Notes under the pieces: model-generated
The model's input: the letters and a program-made list of their open reading frames with translations, nothing else
Told to the model about the DNA's origin: nothing
The model's database searches: none
Origin: Tubiluchus corallicola
Taxonomy: Eukaryota > Animalia > Priapulida
Length of the DNA: 64,000 bases
NCBI GenBank assembly: GCA_030141605.1
Contig: JAQGDQ010000060.1
Location: 186,001-250,000 of the forward strand
Direction of reading: 5' to 3'
Part shown: positions 12,901 to 25,700 of the stretch, piece after piece
How the letters are laid out: each line of letters opens with the position of its first letter
Numbering within the stretch: position 1 is the first letter of the stretch
Position numbers and translations under genes: made by a program

Positions 12901-13228
12901 GTTAATGTATTTTTACACATTATAAAAGGCAGGTGCAAAACAAGTGTCTACATACCCACAGCTTTGCAAAAGGTAAATTACAGTATTTCATAAAAATAGG
13001 TTACAGTTAATTATTTTGAGGAGCTACTACAGCATTGATTTGCGAGTTTCGGAAATTGTATTGGATCTTTTCCATGAAATATTCTCAATTATCAAAATAT
13101 AAAATTACCTCAGCTATGAACTGATCTAGTTTGTCCGACCAAATTTGCACTTGCCGCAACAGCTTACTTGAAGCAATAAGTTTTCCACTATGAATGAACA
13201 CAACTGTCGTTATTAACCACAACCACAT
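911..13228 (-). CDS. VWA and cache domain-containing protein (CACHD1 / voltage-gated Ca channel alpha-2-delta-like), 5' part; gene continues beyond the left edge
   Basis: Phase-consistent exons: 13228-13109 (MWLWLITTVVFIHSG signal peptide...VQIWSDKLDQF), 12239-12090, 10951-10803, 10682-10530, 9538-9374 (LLWQYFGSNAGFLRSYPG...DYDPRLRPWYISAISGPKNIVVILDCS), 8645-8514 (SSM, completing the DxSxS MIDAS), 3964-3836, 2920-2799 (AFEKAFELL...IIFISDG), 1066-~911 (last donor uncertain). WQYFGS/YPG/YDPRxRPWY/PK.VILD.S.SM are alpha-2-delta/CACHD1 hallmarks. Confidence 0.9.
2229..2605 (+). mobile_element. Dispersed repeat, probable LINE 3' end (copy 1)
   Basis: Homologous to 3023-3340. Contains the stem-loop GGGATGGCAGAC...TCTTTCGCCATCCC, then AATAAA and a short AT-rich tail. 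Confidence 0.5.
3023..3735 (+). mobile_element. Same repeat (copy 2) with an internal tandem expansion
   Basis: Direct homology to 2229-2605; ends in an (ATTCA/ATTCT)-like tail. Confidence 0.5.
3320..3673. repeat. ~39-bp minisatellite, about 9 copies
   Basis: Unit ~CCGTCTGTCCTTCTTAAATTTTGTAGTTTATTGTTATAT. Confidence 0.9.
3969..4890. repeat. ~55-bp minisatellite, about 17 copies, abutting a splice acceptor
   Basis: Unit ~AAAACTTGTAGTATCACAAAAAGGAAACTAGTTTATGAAATTGTTATTGTGCAAA. Confidence 0.95.
5410..5807. mobile_element. hAT-type MITE
   Basis: Imperfect TIR TAGAGGCGAGCATT / AATGCCCACCCCCCA, 8-bp TSD ATCACTAG/ATTACTAG, subterminal TTCGAA/GAATCGAA repeats. Confidence 0.65.
7700..8185. repeat. 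Dispersed repeat, homologous to the inverted copy at ~36035-36480
   Basis: For example AAGTGGAGGGTTTTCTTGTGCTTTAAA (~8157) matches TTTAAAGCACAAGAAAACCCTCCACTT (~36036); homology extends several hundred bp. Confidence 0.7.
8690..8867. mobile_element. Short MITE-like repeat with GTGACTTTTT subrepeats and a TTAGGG-like core (other copies ~9055-9205, ~14090-14300, ~19203-19357)
   Basis: Terminal inverted CAGGTAATAAAGTCACA / TGTGACTTTATTACCTG; the same layout recurs in three other copies in both orientations. Confidence 0.65.
9585..9928. mobile_element. pogo/Tigger-type (Tc1-mariner) MITE
   Basis: TIR CAGTCGACTCTCGTTAAACCGGAC / GTCCGGTTTAACGAGGGTTGACTG, flanked by TA on both sides. Confidence 0.85.
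9931..10422 (+). mobile_element. Degenerate RTE-like LINE 3' fragment
   Basis: Translates with stops/frameshift to LYNSELWT...IDAFQRR..R..LG.KWP.KISN, then IKRRRLRW.G, then DR..W, typical of the RTE ORF C-terminus; (TGA)n tail. Confidence 0.75.
11345..11775 (+). mobile_element. LINE 3' remnant (CR1/L2-group-like CCHC C-terminus)
   Basis: CKICEMNQVADEMHF...CPAY...R across a frameshift, then a T-rich 3' UTR and AATAAA. Confidence 0.5.
12343..12753. mobile_element. hAT-like MITE family copy (relatives at ~14590-15035, ~20644-20725, ~54390-54560, 55548-55888)
   Basis: CAGGGCTGGATTATGACC start; shared ATGAAATTATGGGACCCC..GATGGAGCCACCCTCTAA and GGCTGCAGCCTA blocks. Confidence 0.6.
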
Positions 13229-14471
13229 GATGTTATCGTGGATGTATAGGTGTGTCCGTAATCATTGCCACAACCGTTACCAGGACAACAGTTTTTTTGG
13301 CAACACAAAGTGGGAATCCAAATGGAGATCTCTATTATTGTTGTTGGATAGTTATAAAATATCTGCAAGGCACATTTTTTAGGTTCTCAAATAATAATTG
13401 TGCATGAAACATTTTTTTCAGTGAATCTTGGAAGAATCAATTTGTTAAAGCCTCCATTACCACTGTTAACACGTAGTCAACAATTACTAATAACCATCAC
13501 AAAAATCACACAGTCGTAGACTTTGAGCGAATTCTGAGTCTCACCATCCAAAACTCCATAGCCTAGTGGAAAATTCTGACGCCTAGTCTGTCACACAATC
13601 AAATGCTATAAAACACAAAGGCAGGGTCTGCTTTAATAACGTTACTCACGTGTGACCGCGCACTCTTTGAAGCCTACATCCAAACTTTTATAATGCGGTT
13701 AAGTAATCCAGGTAATGAATACGGCTGGCTTCATTATACAGGTGAGCACGCTTTGAAGCCATATTCAGATCAGCATGAGAGTATAAGTGATACAGGGAAT
13801 GAGAATAAATGGCTTCAGGACATTAGGCAGGTGAGCAAACGAGCATGTCTGTTCTTGATAAACGAATTTACATAAGATAATTACATTGTATTTGTGATAG
13901 CTCGATTGCCAGGTTTTATTGATGTGCCAAGTCTAACATCTATCATGGCTCAGTGAACCACAAATTAATATGTTCAACAACCATGTATGCATGTATGGTA
14001 TATGCATGTGCCTTTACACAAGAAGGGATGATTGTAGTTTTGATTTTAAACTGTGAAATGCATCAAAGTTTACAGTGTTTTAATGGTGACTGGTAATTAA
14101 GTCTCAGAAAATAGGGTTAGGGTTAAGGGCTAAGGTTATGGTTATGATTAGGGTAACGGATATTTCTTTTTTCTGTGCTTTTTTCCCGTGACTTTTCACC
14201 TGCGACTTTTTCCTGTGATTTTTTACCTGTAACTTCTTTCTGTGACTTTTTTCATGTGACTTTTTTACCTGTGACACTTTCTTGTGACTTTTTTACCTAG
14301 ATTAGTTTCTCAGCAACGCATTCGCAATTTCCAAGACCCAGTCAATGTGCAAGGTAGCCAGTATTACTGTAAAATGATAAGCAAACCCATTCATTACTTA
14401 AGCCAATAAAATATACAAAAATATAATTTTGGAAATTAAAGATGCCTTTTCTTTATTCATTTTCTCTATAA

Positions 14472-15447
14472 CATGGGCTCCCAACCTTGGGGTCACCAAG
14501 CACTTTCTGTGGTGTTGCGGGCTAGTCCAAAAAAAATTTGAAAGAATGCTGTTTTCATAAAACGTATCTAAGTAAGTGTTGTTCCCTGTAGCGGATAGCC
14601 CTATAGGCTGAAGCCTAAGGCCCGGGATCAAAAGGGGCCTGGCAAAATAAAACGAAAAAAATTTTGTTTTGTAAAAAAAAATAAATTGACAAAAGAGCAA
14701 GGGGCCCGCCAAAATAAAATATAGAAAAAAGTTTTTTTTCAAAAGTCAGTCACTATATTTCAAATCGGGTTTACACAATTTAAGTTTACACAATTCACGT
14801 TTACACAATTTAAGTTTACACAATTCACGTTTACACAATTTAAGTTTACACAATTCACGTTTACACAGTTTAAGTTTAAGTTCAAAATTTCACTTTCCGA
14901 ATTTTTCTGGGGGCAAAGTCAGTTATAATTTCGACGAGAGCTCCACAAAAACACGTCAGCTCAGCAGTGTAGCAACATTTAAAAGGCCCGTTCCAAGCTC
15001 AAGCCTAAGGCCCATAAAATCATAATCCGCCGCTGCAACTTCCCTCCATCATTTTGTTCTGGAAAGTGAAACTGGGTTTCCCTGCTCTAAATGAGGTATA
15101 TCAATGGTCGATTTTCCGGGAAAATGAAGATGCACGTTGTTCCATGCTGCACACTTGTGTACAGTGTACACCGCCCGAAAGCGTGAAACTATTCATTTTA
15201 CCTTGAATACCTATTGCTGTTGCATTACTGGTTGCTGAAAAACAGGTGCAACAGTCACATTAATGAATTAATGTAACAGTCACTCATTGTTCAATAATTT
15301 GTTGAATAGTAAGTTAATAAAATTAATAAATACGAACGATAATGATGTCTAATTGTATAACATGTGATTATGTTCTTCGTGAGGTTGTGATATGATGCAG
15401 GGTTCTAGAAAAGGGTTGCCATCAACAAAAAACGTTGGGAACCACTG
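14472..15447. mobile_element. hAT (Charlie-like) non-autonomous element with a nested MITE and a 15-bp tandem (~14770-14877)
   Basis: TIR CATGGGCTCCCAAC / GTTGGGAACCACTG; perfect 8-bp TSD CTCTATAA at 14464-14471 and 15448-15455. Confidence 0.8.
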
Positions 15448-17290
15448 CTCTATAAGTTGCAAATACTTGTGAAAAACTGAATGCGCCCTCAACAAAATGT
15501 TAGTTGGCTTGATCGAATCTAATTTCTGGTCACACGTGTACACATGAGAAACTATTGAGCTTTAAAAAGTAATTATACTAATTACTAATAACTACTAATG
15601 AAAATGGTGATGATTAATCCCGCAACAAAGAAATAAAATCAACCTTTCTTCTCTTCCTTTACCGAGGAATACTTATTGATATTTTTGGCAGAAAATTATA
15701 CATAAGAACACATCAGTGACAGTTTTAGCCTGGCCCCCCTTTCACAGTAGCAGTTACAGCACACCAAGTGAATATTTTCTCTGGATTATAAGTTTTAGAA
15801 CGTTTAGTGTTAGCTTTTAATGACTTGTATCGAGTAAAAAGTTCTGCATTAATGATTTCAGTGTAAAAACGTTTGTGCCCTTTAAGTGATAATTGAAGTT
15901 TTTGGCAAAGACATCGCTGTGCGCAATTATATGCTATACCAGTGTGTATACTAGTATATTGGTGTGTAATTAAGAGTCAAAAGTTTGAGGTGACATAATG
16001 AGTTTTAAACTATTGAATTTGCTTAAGGAAATAGGTAAAAAAAAGGTCTAAAATGCAGTAAAGTGCATTGGTAGCCGGGGTTCCCCAGACCCCCTAGCTG
16101 CTTTTTCGTTGAACCCACCCTTTTCTGAAGCCTGTATCCGCCATTGGTCCTTTAAGCTTGCAGCAATATAGAACTATAAGTTGTACCGTTAACGTTTTCA
16201 CGAGAATCTGGCAATGTACCCCTCAAAACACACAAGATGAACGTGCAAAAAGAAATTGAAGGAAAAATTTCAAATTTATCGTTACATTTCCGTCATGATT
16301 TCACTTTCTTTACATCTGTGAATATGAAGTAGAGATGCAAAGAGGTTTCTATTGATTGGACTAATGTCTGTGAGAAATTTTCATTCAACACGTTCCATCG
16401 TGGGTAATAGCATCCACAGCACGCCAACACAAGAATCAAATCACTAAGTTGTCATTATAAACAGGGCGCCTCAGAATTCACTATACACTTTACAGCGTCT
16501 GTATTTCTTCAAAAAAAAGTTTCAGTAACAAGTTTGAAGTACAAATGAAGTAAAACTTTTCGCAACTCTTTTAGGCAAATTAGACAAAAATCTGAAAAGA
16601 AATTCTGCACTGATGGGCTTTGTACTTTCCAAATGAACTGGGTCACAAACTTCCAACCAAATTTGAAGGCACAAAAGCTTCAGAGACCAACCCAAAGGCA
16701 TGTTGGATATCTTGCAATGAGAGTCTCTAACAATACAGTATTGAGGAATGGCTTCACCTTTTTGAAAAACTACATTGTTAATAAGAGACAACAGTGTAGT
16801 GTGTTTGGTGCTCTGAATTTAAGCTGAACTTTAGTTAATAATCGTGCCAGTCTGAGATCTCATTTCTAATGTTAATGTCGACGCCACAGTTCAAAAGATA
16901 AAAAGATAGCCAAAGAACCTTTTTGATCCACGAAAGAGTCTGACGAGATTACAAACCATTTAAAAAGAAAATTAGAAATCAAAGTGTTTAGTGACTTTTG
17001 AGACACGTTGTACTTTTTTGTGAACAGCACCTGAGCTTTTGAATATCCGGTGAAACATCATCATGCCGTTGCATGCTTCCAAATGATGACTATTCATTTT
17101 TCTTCATACTTTCAAAACAGCTATGAAATTTTGTTTTCCATGCCAAGTTCTGACAACACAAGAAGGGTATATAATAAGGGATATTAGTATTAAAAGCAGG
17201 TACACGTAACACAAAATTTTAATTGTAATATACAATTATGCAACAGTTCATTCACTTTTCAGACTCCACATTCATACATGTACGGCTTAG

Positions 17291-17522
17291 ACCAGACGGT
17301 TTAGTCTAGTGGTAATGCGTCTGCTTTCCGTCTGGGAGGTCATGAGTTCGAACCAGCGGCCGGGTCATACCAAAGACTTTAAAAATGGTACCTACTGTCG
17401 CCCTGCCTGACGCGTGGTATTTAGGGTAAAAGTGGGGTAATAATAGTCTCTGTTATGCAGCTGTAGGTTGTTATTTACAGTCGGCGATAATAGCTCTTTG
17501 AGCTTATGTTAGTTGATGACTA

Positions 17523-17563
<41 letters not shown>
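17291..17563 (+). mobile_element. tRNA-derived SINE (Meta-domain-like core) with a (TTA)n tail
   Basis: A box TAGTCTAGTGGT, B box GAGTTCGAACC, then CCGGGTCATACCAAAGACTTTAAAAATGGTAC, which resembles the MetaSINE core as I recall it. Confidence 0.75.
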
Positions 17564-20500
17564 GTACTACAATTACAGTAATTGAACAGCAGTTCACTCT
17601 ATACAACATTGCGGATGAGATAAGATAACCTTCTTAACAAATTTGGTCCCTCCTATGTTGTATATAAATACGTCTGTCATCAATGTGACGGATTTTACAT
17701 AGGGCAGACAACAAAACAACTTACTTTAAATAATAATGTGAAATCTAACAGTGATTAATTGATCTAGCATGCAATACATGCTGCATCATCATATATGTAT
17801 CAATTCACTAGACGTGGATAATTTACATTATTGTATGTATTAAGAAAAGGACTGTTAATAATATCCAAGATGTATGATTACTAAAAAAACACAAATACGA
17901 AAAACAACTGCTATTCTTACAGCATTTTTACGATTTTTGCACAAACCTAACGAGATTTTCCGTCTGCTTAAAAAACATAAAATCAAATTATTTTAATTCA
18001 AAAACAAAATCGGTTTTCTTAATTTAGCAACCGTGAGTTTGACAATTACAAGATAACTCGATTACTACTCGCGTCACAAACTCAGCATTATTTTCAAAAG
18101 CGTTTACAGTAACAGATGAAACCTTAATTAAACATGGTTTTATCAGTGAACTGGGCTGATGGAAATTTCCCAGCTTTCACCCGTAATTTCCTTCATTAAC
18201 CGAAAACATAAAGTATTAATTCACCTGCATTCACTGCCACACGTCAACCGCGCTGTCACAGCTGATATTTAAACTTACCCATGTCAGGTTTCACGTCGTT
18301 TCCATGGCAACTGATTGCAGCAGATGTGGCTGTCAAACGCACTGCAGCAGAAAAAAAACTATAATGACCAACGCGGTGGAAAACATGCTTCTGATATGAA
18401 AGTACGATAAACAATTGATTACTTGATCAATTACAATAAATAAGTGAAGTAAATTATGACCTGAAGTTTAGCAACAGGTAATACATGCAAGAAAGATGTA
18501 ACTAATTGAATATCATAGCACGGCAACTGTACAAAAACTTGATTTAGCACACTGTGACTATCATGATTTCTTAAAGCAGTACTTTTTTAGAAGGCACAAA
18601 AATGTTACATACCATTAGCAGTTGTCCGATTCCATACGTCAATTTTACACAAAAGCATTTAATACACACTAACCAACGCACAATGCAAATCTGGCACTCT
18701 TAAATAAAACACGGGGCTGTATATAACTGAAAGTAATATCTTTTATTCTAGAATAAAAGGTGTTATTTTTAATCATAGCTGAGGTGTTAGTTCAGTTATT
18801 AAGCAGGCACTTCTCCAATTCCAAGTTTAACATTTTTGTAGCACTGCATTTTGTTAGCAAGCCTGTTATATTTTACTTTCCAACATCAATATAATTAACG
18901 AGATTACATAGATTTGATCGTAGATGCTACCAAAAATTTGTCAATTTGTAACACTGCCTAGTGTTACAAACTCAGAAACTTTAACGTTTGTGTCTAAATG
19001 AAATTACATATTGTGAAGCTTAGGGAGAAGTTAATTATGGTTACTTGACAAAATATGACAAAAATGAAGATATATTAGCGGAGTTTAAAATGCCTTACAA
19101 GTTAAAAGAAAATCTGTTAAGTGGATCTGCCTTTTAAAGACTTAATAAAGAGAAACGTTTAACAACAACTGGTTTGCCCACAGTGATACAGGAGAGCAAA
19201 CACAGGTAAAAAATAACAGCTTAAAAAGTTACAGAAAAGTCACAGGAAAAGGTCACAAGAAAAAAGGACAGGAAAAAGAAATAATCCTAACCCAAATTAA
19301 TTGTGACTTTTCCCTAGCCAAAATTAGAGAGTTTTTTCCTGAGACTTTATTACCAGTCAAAGTGATATACAGCGACAGAAAAAAATACACAAAACAAGAT
19401 TTCAAATGTGTACTGAGGATTTATTCATACATCAATTAACGATCAATTCATAACAGCATTAATTTGTCTAAGTAGAATTTCTCTTAAGAGGCAGTAGCTG
19501 ACAAGGCACTCCAATACAAGCTGAATCATTTGTGACAAATGAAGGGTAAAAACTGACAGAAAGTAAATTGACAAGTAATTTTGAAGGTGCGCAAGACCTG
19601 CTCATTAAGAAAGATACACGAAAAAGCCCGATATTAATTTTGTCAACGAGCGTAAATACAATTAAGTACAGATTAAGTAAACTTTCAGGTAGATAAAATC
19701 AACTACAGCCAAAGCTTGTTAAGACAACCACCGCCCTACCACAATCACCCCCTTTATAATGCCCGTCTCGCTTAACGTCCAAATTTCTAACAAAACGTGT
19801 ATACAGTATTTGCACAGACACGCATGTATTCATGCAACTTTTGTAATGTGAAACTAGCGAAACACCAATTTTTTTGCAGTCCAAAAGTAGGCAGTGTAAA
19901 GAAGTTTGACTTGATGCAGATAAGTTAACCGTTATAGGGTCACGATTTTTTACAACCGATTTTGGTAACCGGGGGTAAAAAATTACCCCCACCATAATTC
20001 GTAAATTACTTTTGATAAACCGCCGTGTTTCATTAGTAAACAGCAACAGCATAATTTGCGGTTACGCTGACCACCATAGGATACATTATACCTCTGCTTA
20101 AAGACATGTGACTTTCTAGTAATACGAAATTTAAGTTCACTTAGTTACGTTCCCTTATCTATGCTGGAATAACTGTAGACAACCGACATTGCTAGCGCGT
20201 GTGCAAAAATTGTTATTTTGAATTTATTGTCTGCTACTTTCATCTTTTAGGTGGAGTTGAGTAACTGACATGGCCACAAAACAACCACGCCGAGTTTCAG
20301 CACAACTTGCCACCTGTCACAGCACAAAAAATCGACATATTGCATTTTCACTTTTATTTCGTGGTGAGACAATGCGCCTAAACTAAATAACTGAAAGCAT
20401 TTTGTGCACAAAACATATTTAGAAAAAGTCGTAGAAAAGGTTTACTGGGATTCGTATGGGAAAAGGGTAAAATGCAAAAAACCGGACTGGGGGTAATTTT

Positions 20501-22715
20501 CTAGGGTCAACCTCTTTGTAGGAGACACAGGACAACAATTAAGTAATTTATTTTATCAGAGGTGTAAAGCAAGTTTACATAACAAAAAAAGTTGCCAAAT
20601 ATTCACCAACAATTTCACTCATTCCACAAGTGTCAGGTACATTCAGGGACGGATTATGACTTTTAGCTTCCCTTAGGTTAATGAAATTATGCCCCCCCCC
20701 CAGATGGAGCCACCCTCTGATTTGTCAGTCCCAACTGGATGTAAGCCTAACTAATAAGAACTTGCATTAATAATTGCAGCTACTACGGCAATACCAACAC
20801 AATGGGGTGTTTACAATTGGTGAAAATAACAAAAAAAACACCCTTTTTGCACATATAATTGCAATTACTACAGCAATACCAACACAATGGGGTGTTTACA
20901 ATTGATGAAACTAACAAAGAAACACCCTTTTTGCACATTTCAAGTACAACAATGTAGCAAAAACACGCAGTAAGGTGTCTAGTGGGCATTTTCACGTGTT
21001 TCCAATTATCTGGATAATTTTAACGCTTGCTGTCTCTGCCTTCAAGTAAAAAACGTTTAAAAATTTTTGTTTGGAAAGTGTACATTTGTCAGCTACTGCA
21101 CCGTATGCTTGCAAAAATTCATCTACTCACAAGTCAAAATTGTGGACCTCAGCATAATAATCAATTAAAATACAATATGTACATAATAATTAGTAACCAG
21201 CCTCACTCTTGGCATTGTGCCAACTATAATTTTTTCCTATAGTTGCACTTGGAATCGCTATGCTCCACTAAACTCGCTAATATCAAAATACTTTGAGGTT
21301 GCCTCAATCACAGTTATTGTGGTATCAAAAATAACACTCGCCTCACACGTAGTATGGTCTCCCGTTCAATCTCACTCACACTCACACCTCACAAACGTCT
21401 TAAATAAACGAGGAACTCGCCAAGTTGCCCCGCGAATAAATATCACAATTTTGTACAAAATGATAACAAGAGTGAGCCTGCTTCTTTTGAAAAGCAGCCA
21501 TCAGCTTAATACGAATGAACAACAAATATACGCGTTGCCGCGGTAACACTGTCATCGCAGTCACGCAACAATTATGTACATTTATAGAGCAAACAATCTA
21601 TGGCACAGTCGTGAAACAATGCAATTTTAACAACAATGGTTCTGCTCTGTAAAGAACAATGGTTATAAAACAATACCAGGCACTTACAAGATTGTTCTAC
21701 TCTTTACAACAAATATGTCATCAGTCTTTCAATCGTTCGCTACCTCTAAATAACTAACGACTACCAAAACGCACACACCTTAAAAATCAGGAAATATCTC
21801 AAACAATACGCACAAACTCAGTCATCCACGAAACTATGCTAATGTAATAACTTGCAGATTTATACAGAAGATTATATTTTAGACTTTTCTTGGTGCATAT
21901 TATCTTAGAACGTTTCTGTCAAACAAGCTCAATAATCAACAACACCTATTTTACAAAATTTGTAAGACTATTTGTGGCAGTTTACCGTGAAGAAACAGCA
22001 AAATTTCCAACTTTGATAAAGTGCACTAACAAAATTCCCACTTTCAGTAGTTAGGGGCAAAACAAACATGCTCACAAAAATATAAAATAGCTTCCCTAGA
22101 CTTCTCAATACCCTTATGTTTTCATTTATACTTAATTTAAGGAAGGCTTTAAGGAAAATTTTGGTAAAATAAGTAGGCTGACAGCTTTGTAATTCATGCA
22201 AAAACTTTTTGAGTGACTAAACTACTTCAAACACCACATAAGTACTTGAAAATCAGAAACTTACAACTATATACAAACATCCACATAAACAAGTCATCCA
22301 TTGAAAGGATAGATAATGGCTAATGACACCCATCATAAAGAAATAAACCCAACCTACATATTTTGCACATAATCGAGTCTTTTCACAGAATGTTCATTAT
22401 TCATTCAATACGCAAACTTAGCGATCATTTTTACAAGTTCGAACCAGACGATAAAAAAACCCCAACAAAATTTTAGAAGATACAAGTGTTATAACAATCA
22501 GCAGTTATTGACATGTTTTAATGCCTCCTCCAGAGGAAAGTAAGCTCAGAAAATAAACAGAAAATGAATCTCCACAAAGTAATTAAGTGCTGCTAATTAA
22601 AACCATTCCTTCTTCACTAGCAGGATAAGTATACGTTGTAGAGTTAAATGCACAATGTGCTGAGGTACTAGACCCATGGACACCTCAAGGTAGATGATGT
22701 TCTTGCCCGTTCCCA

Positions 22716-25700
22716 TCACTTTTTCGTCAACTTGCGTGTTGCACGTTTGATGCGTCGTTGCGTGGCGACACGTGGCGTCTGTGGTTGCTGTTGCGTCGCT
22801 GCACTGTAACAGGAAGAACTGTTGTTCAGTCTTGCACAATACTTCCACAGAATGCCACAATGGCAGCTAAAGGAAAGGCCAAGTCTTCTGGGAAGTGAGG
22901 CTTAATTCAATGTTTGCAAAAATTGTTAGAAGGATTTAGTAAAAAGTGTAACAAGCGCCTCCTGTAATTAGTAAAATCACTTTAAAGTTGCGATCATTTT
23001 GCACTTGGGCGCGGCTCCCATTTTTCCACCAATGATGTCATTCATTGACTGAAGAAAAGCAGCGCACTGTTAATTGGGGTCTAAAGTATAATAAACATTC
23101 ACAAAACATTAGATAGCTATTTTGACATATTTCTGCCTGAATATTAGGTGAGCCGCAGAAGTGTGAAATATTTTAACCAGGCTGCGCTTATGAAAAGTCA
23201 CGTAGTCCCACCAGTTACGTCATAACTTTTAAATGAATAGCAGGAGTATAAATTAACTTTATGCTTTTATACACAGCTTTGACAATTTTTTGTTATATTT
23301 TTCTAAGTTTAAATAATAGCGTTAAAATAAACCAACGTGCTAAATGACTTGTCTTTTCCTTTAATTACTATTACAGACAGTTGTTCTTTCCTTTAATTGC
23401 TATTATAGACAATTGTTCTTTCCTTTAATTGCTATTACAGACTGTTGTTCTTTCCTTTAATTGTATTACAGACTGTTGTTCTTTCTTTTAATTGCTATTA
23501 TAGACAGTTGTTCTTTCCTTTAATTGCTATTACAGACTGTTGTTCTTTCCTTTAATTGCTATTACAGACTGTTGTTCTTTCCTTTAATTACTATTACAGA
23601 CTGTTGTTCTTTCCTTTAATTACTATTATAGACAGTTGTTCTTTCCTTTAATTGCTATTACAGACTGTTGTTCTTTCCTTTAATTGCTATTACAGACTGT
23701 TGCTCTTTCCTTTAATTACTATTACAGACTGTTGTTCTTTCCTTTAATTGCTATTACAGACTGTTGTTCTTTCCTTTAATTACTATTACAGACTGTTGCT
23801 CTTTCCTTTAATTGCTATTACAGACTGTTGTTCTTTCCTTTACCAACAAACATATTTCACAATATCAAATGTGTAGAAATGCTGATTCCGTTAAATTTAT
23901 TAAATTAACTAGAAGTGTTCCACAGATACCATTGGATTTCCATTTTTAAGAACGTTCGTACCTGAAGTTGAAAGACGGCTGCTGGCTAGGCGCACCAAAG
24001 TTGAAGTTAGGAGCGGCGCCAGTTGCTTGAGAAAAGTTAAATCCACCTTGACTAGGTCCAGCGGTCGGTTGCTGACCAAATGCAAAAGCTGGCTGTTGAG
24101 ACGGCTGTGGCGGTTGTTGCTGCTGCTAAAAAGAAGCAACTTTCGTGTTAATTAGTCAAAAACTTCAAATCTGCATTGACATCTTTTTTAGACCAAGTCG
24201 TGGCAAAGCAGTTAAAAGTTAAGCATAAATAAAAATTTATACAAACACGGTTTTGCGGTCTAGAGTTTTACGTTTTAGTACAAATAAAAGTAAGAACATG
24301 TAAAATACAAGGAACTATAAAATTTATATGACACTAATGTCAGAAGCAGCTTTCCGATTAAAATTTTAACACTTTACTGTACGATGTATTGCAAATGTGA
24401 TAGGGTATGTTTAAAGCCATAAAAGAAACTGGTATATATAATAATGGTAAATTATAAATTCAGTAATTAGTCATCAAATGATTGTGATGTGACCTAATTT
24501 GCGATCATCTAATGAACATATTAGCACACTAATTATCGTCTATCGTAATGTTTTAATCCTTTGTTAACTGTTTTATTTTTCACAGCTAGGAAAGCATTTG
24601 CTAACATTAAGCAATGAACTCTCAAAGCATTTGAGTTATACAAGCAATACATTATCGATTTTTCAGCATCAGAGCATACATCATGGTCTATCGAAGGTAC
24701 GACTTCATTGAACTATGGAATCACTTAACACTATATTTTCCTGAAATCCCTAATTATGCTTAAGCAAGGATTTTATTATAAGTAAAGTTTAAATACCTGA
24801 GAACCAAAAGAAAAGTTCGGCGTTGCTGAAGCACTAAAGTTAAAACCACCAGTGGGAGCCTGAGTAACAGGGGCTGCACCAAAGTTCGGTACTGCAGCAG
24901 CATTACTAGAGAAATTACTGCTTCCAAAGCCACCTGAAAATACGCAATACAACTTACCGTATTTTCCCGTGTATAAGAGACCCTTTTTTGCTCAGAATTT
25001 TCACTTTAAAAATAGGGGGTCTCTTATACATGGGAGTAAGTCTTTTCAATAAGATGCATAAATTGTGACACTAATGATTTTAAAGAAATAAGTGCTCTAC
25101 AACTGTTTTGCGTGTCGCGTTCGACTATGAAGCGGTTGTAAGCAATACAAGCATCGTGACACAGGCATTATCTCCTCGTTTTCTCTTTTCCTGTTACAGG
25201 TTTGCAGGTACGCACTTTAATATATACCAGTACTCTTTTTCTACAACACATTAACTGGTTTTATTTTGTTTTCAGTACCGCACTGAGTTGAAAAAAGTTG
25301 TACTTTACCCTCTAAAAATGTCCGTCTGAAAAAACTTTTTTCCAGAATTTTTGCCTAAAAATTGAAGGGGTCTCTTATACACAAGGGTCTCTTATACACG
25401 GGAAAATACGGTAATCATGTTTATTTCTAGACTTCCATTAGTAAATTACAAAAAAAATTCGGCTCCGTTTCCACAAAAATTCGCTTTCGATCCACTTTTA
25501 GCTTGATAGCTTATTCAGAAATCGGTTTGGTGGCACGTTCGATCGTTCAGATTAACACCAAAAAAATCAGTTCAGTTGATGCAAATGTGCCTTCAGTATA
25601 CCCTTAGAAAATACGTAATCACAGAGCATGACTTTATTCATAGAGCATCAGTCTCAGCAATACTATGACATCATTCTGCCGTCAAGAGTAGCAAATATTT

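Noticed and set aside
17291-17365. tRNA gene
   Set aside because: It has A/B boxes but no proper acceptor stem, and continues into a SINE core and (TTA)n tail.
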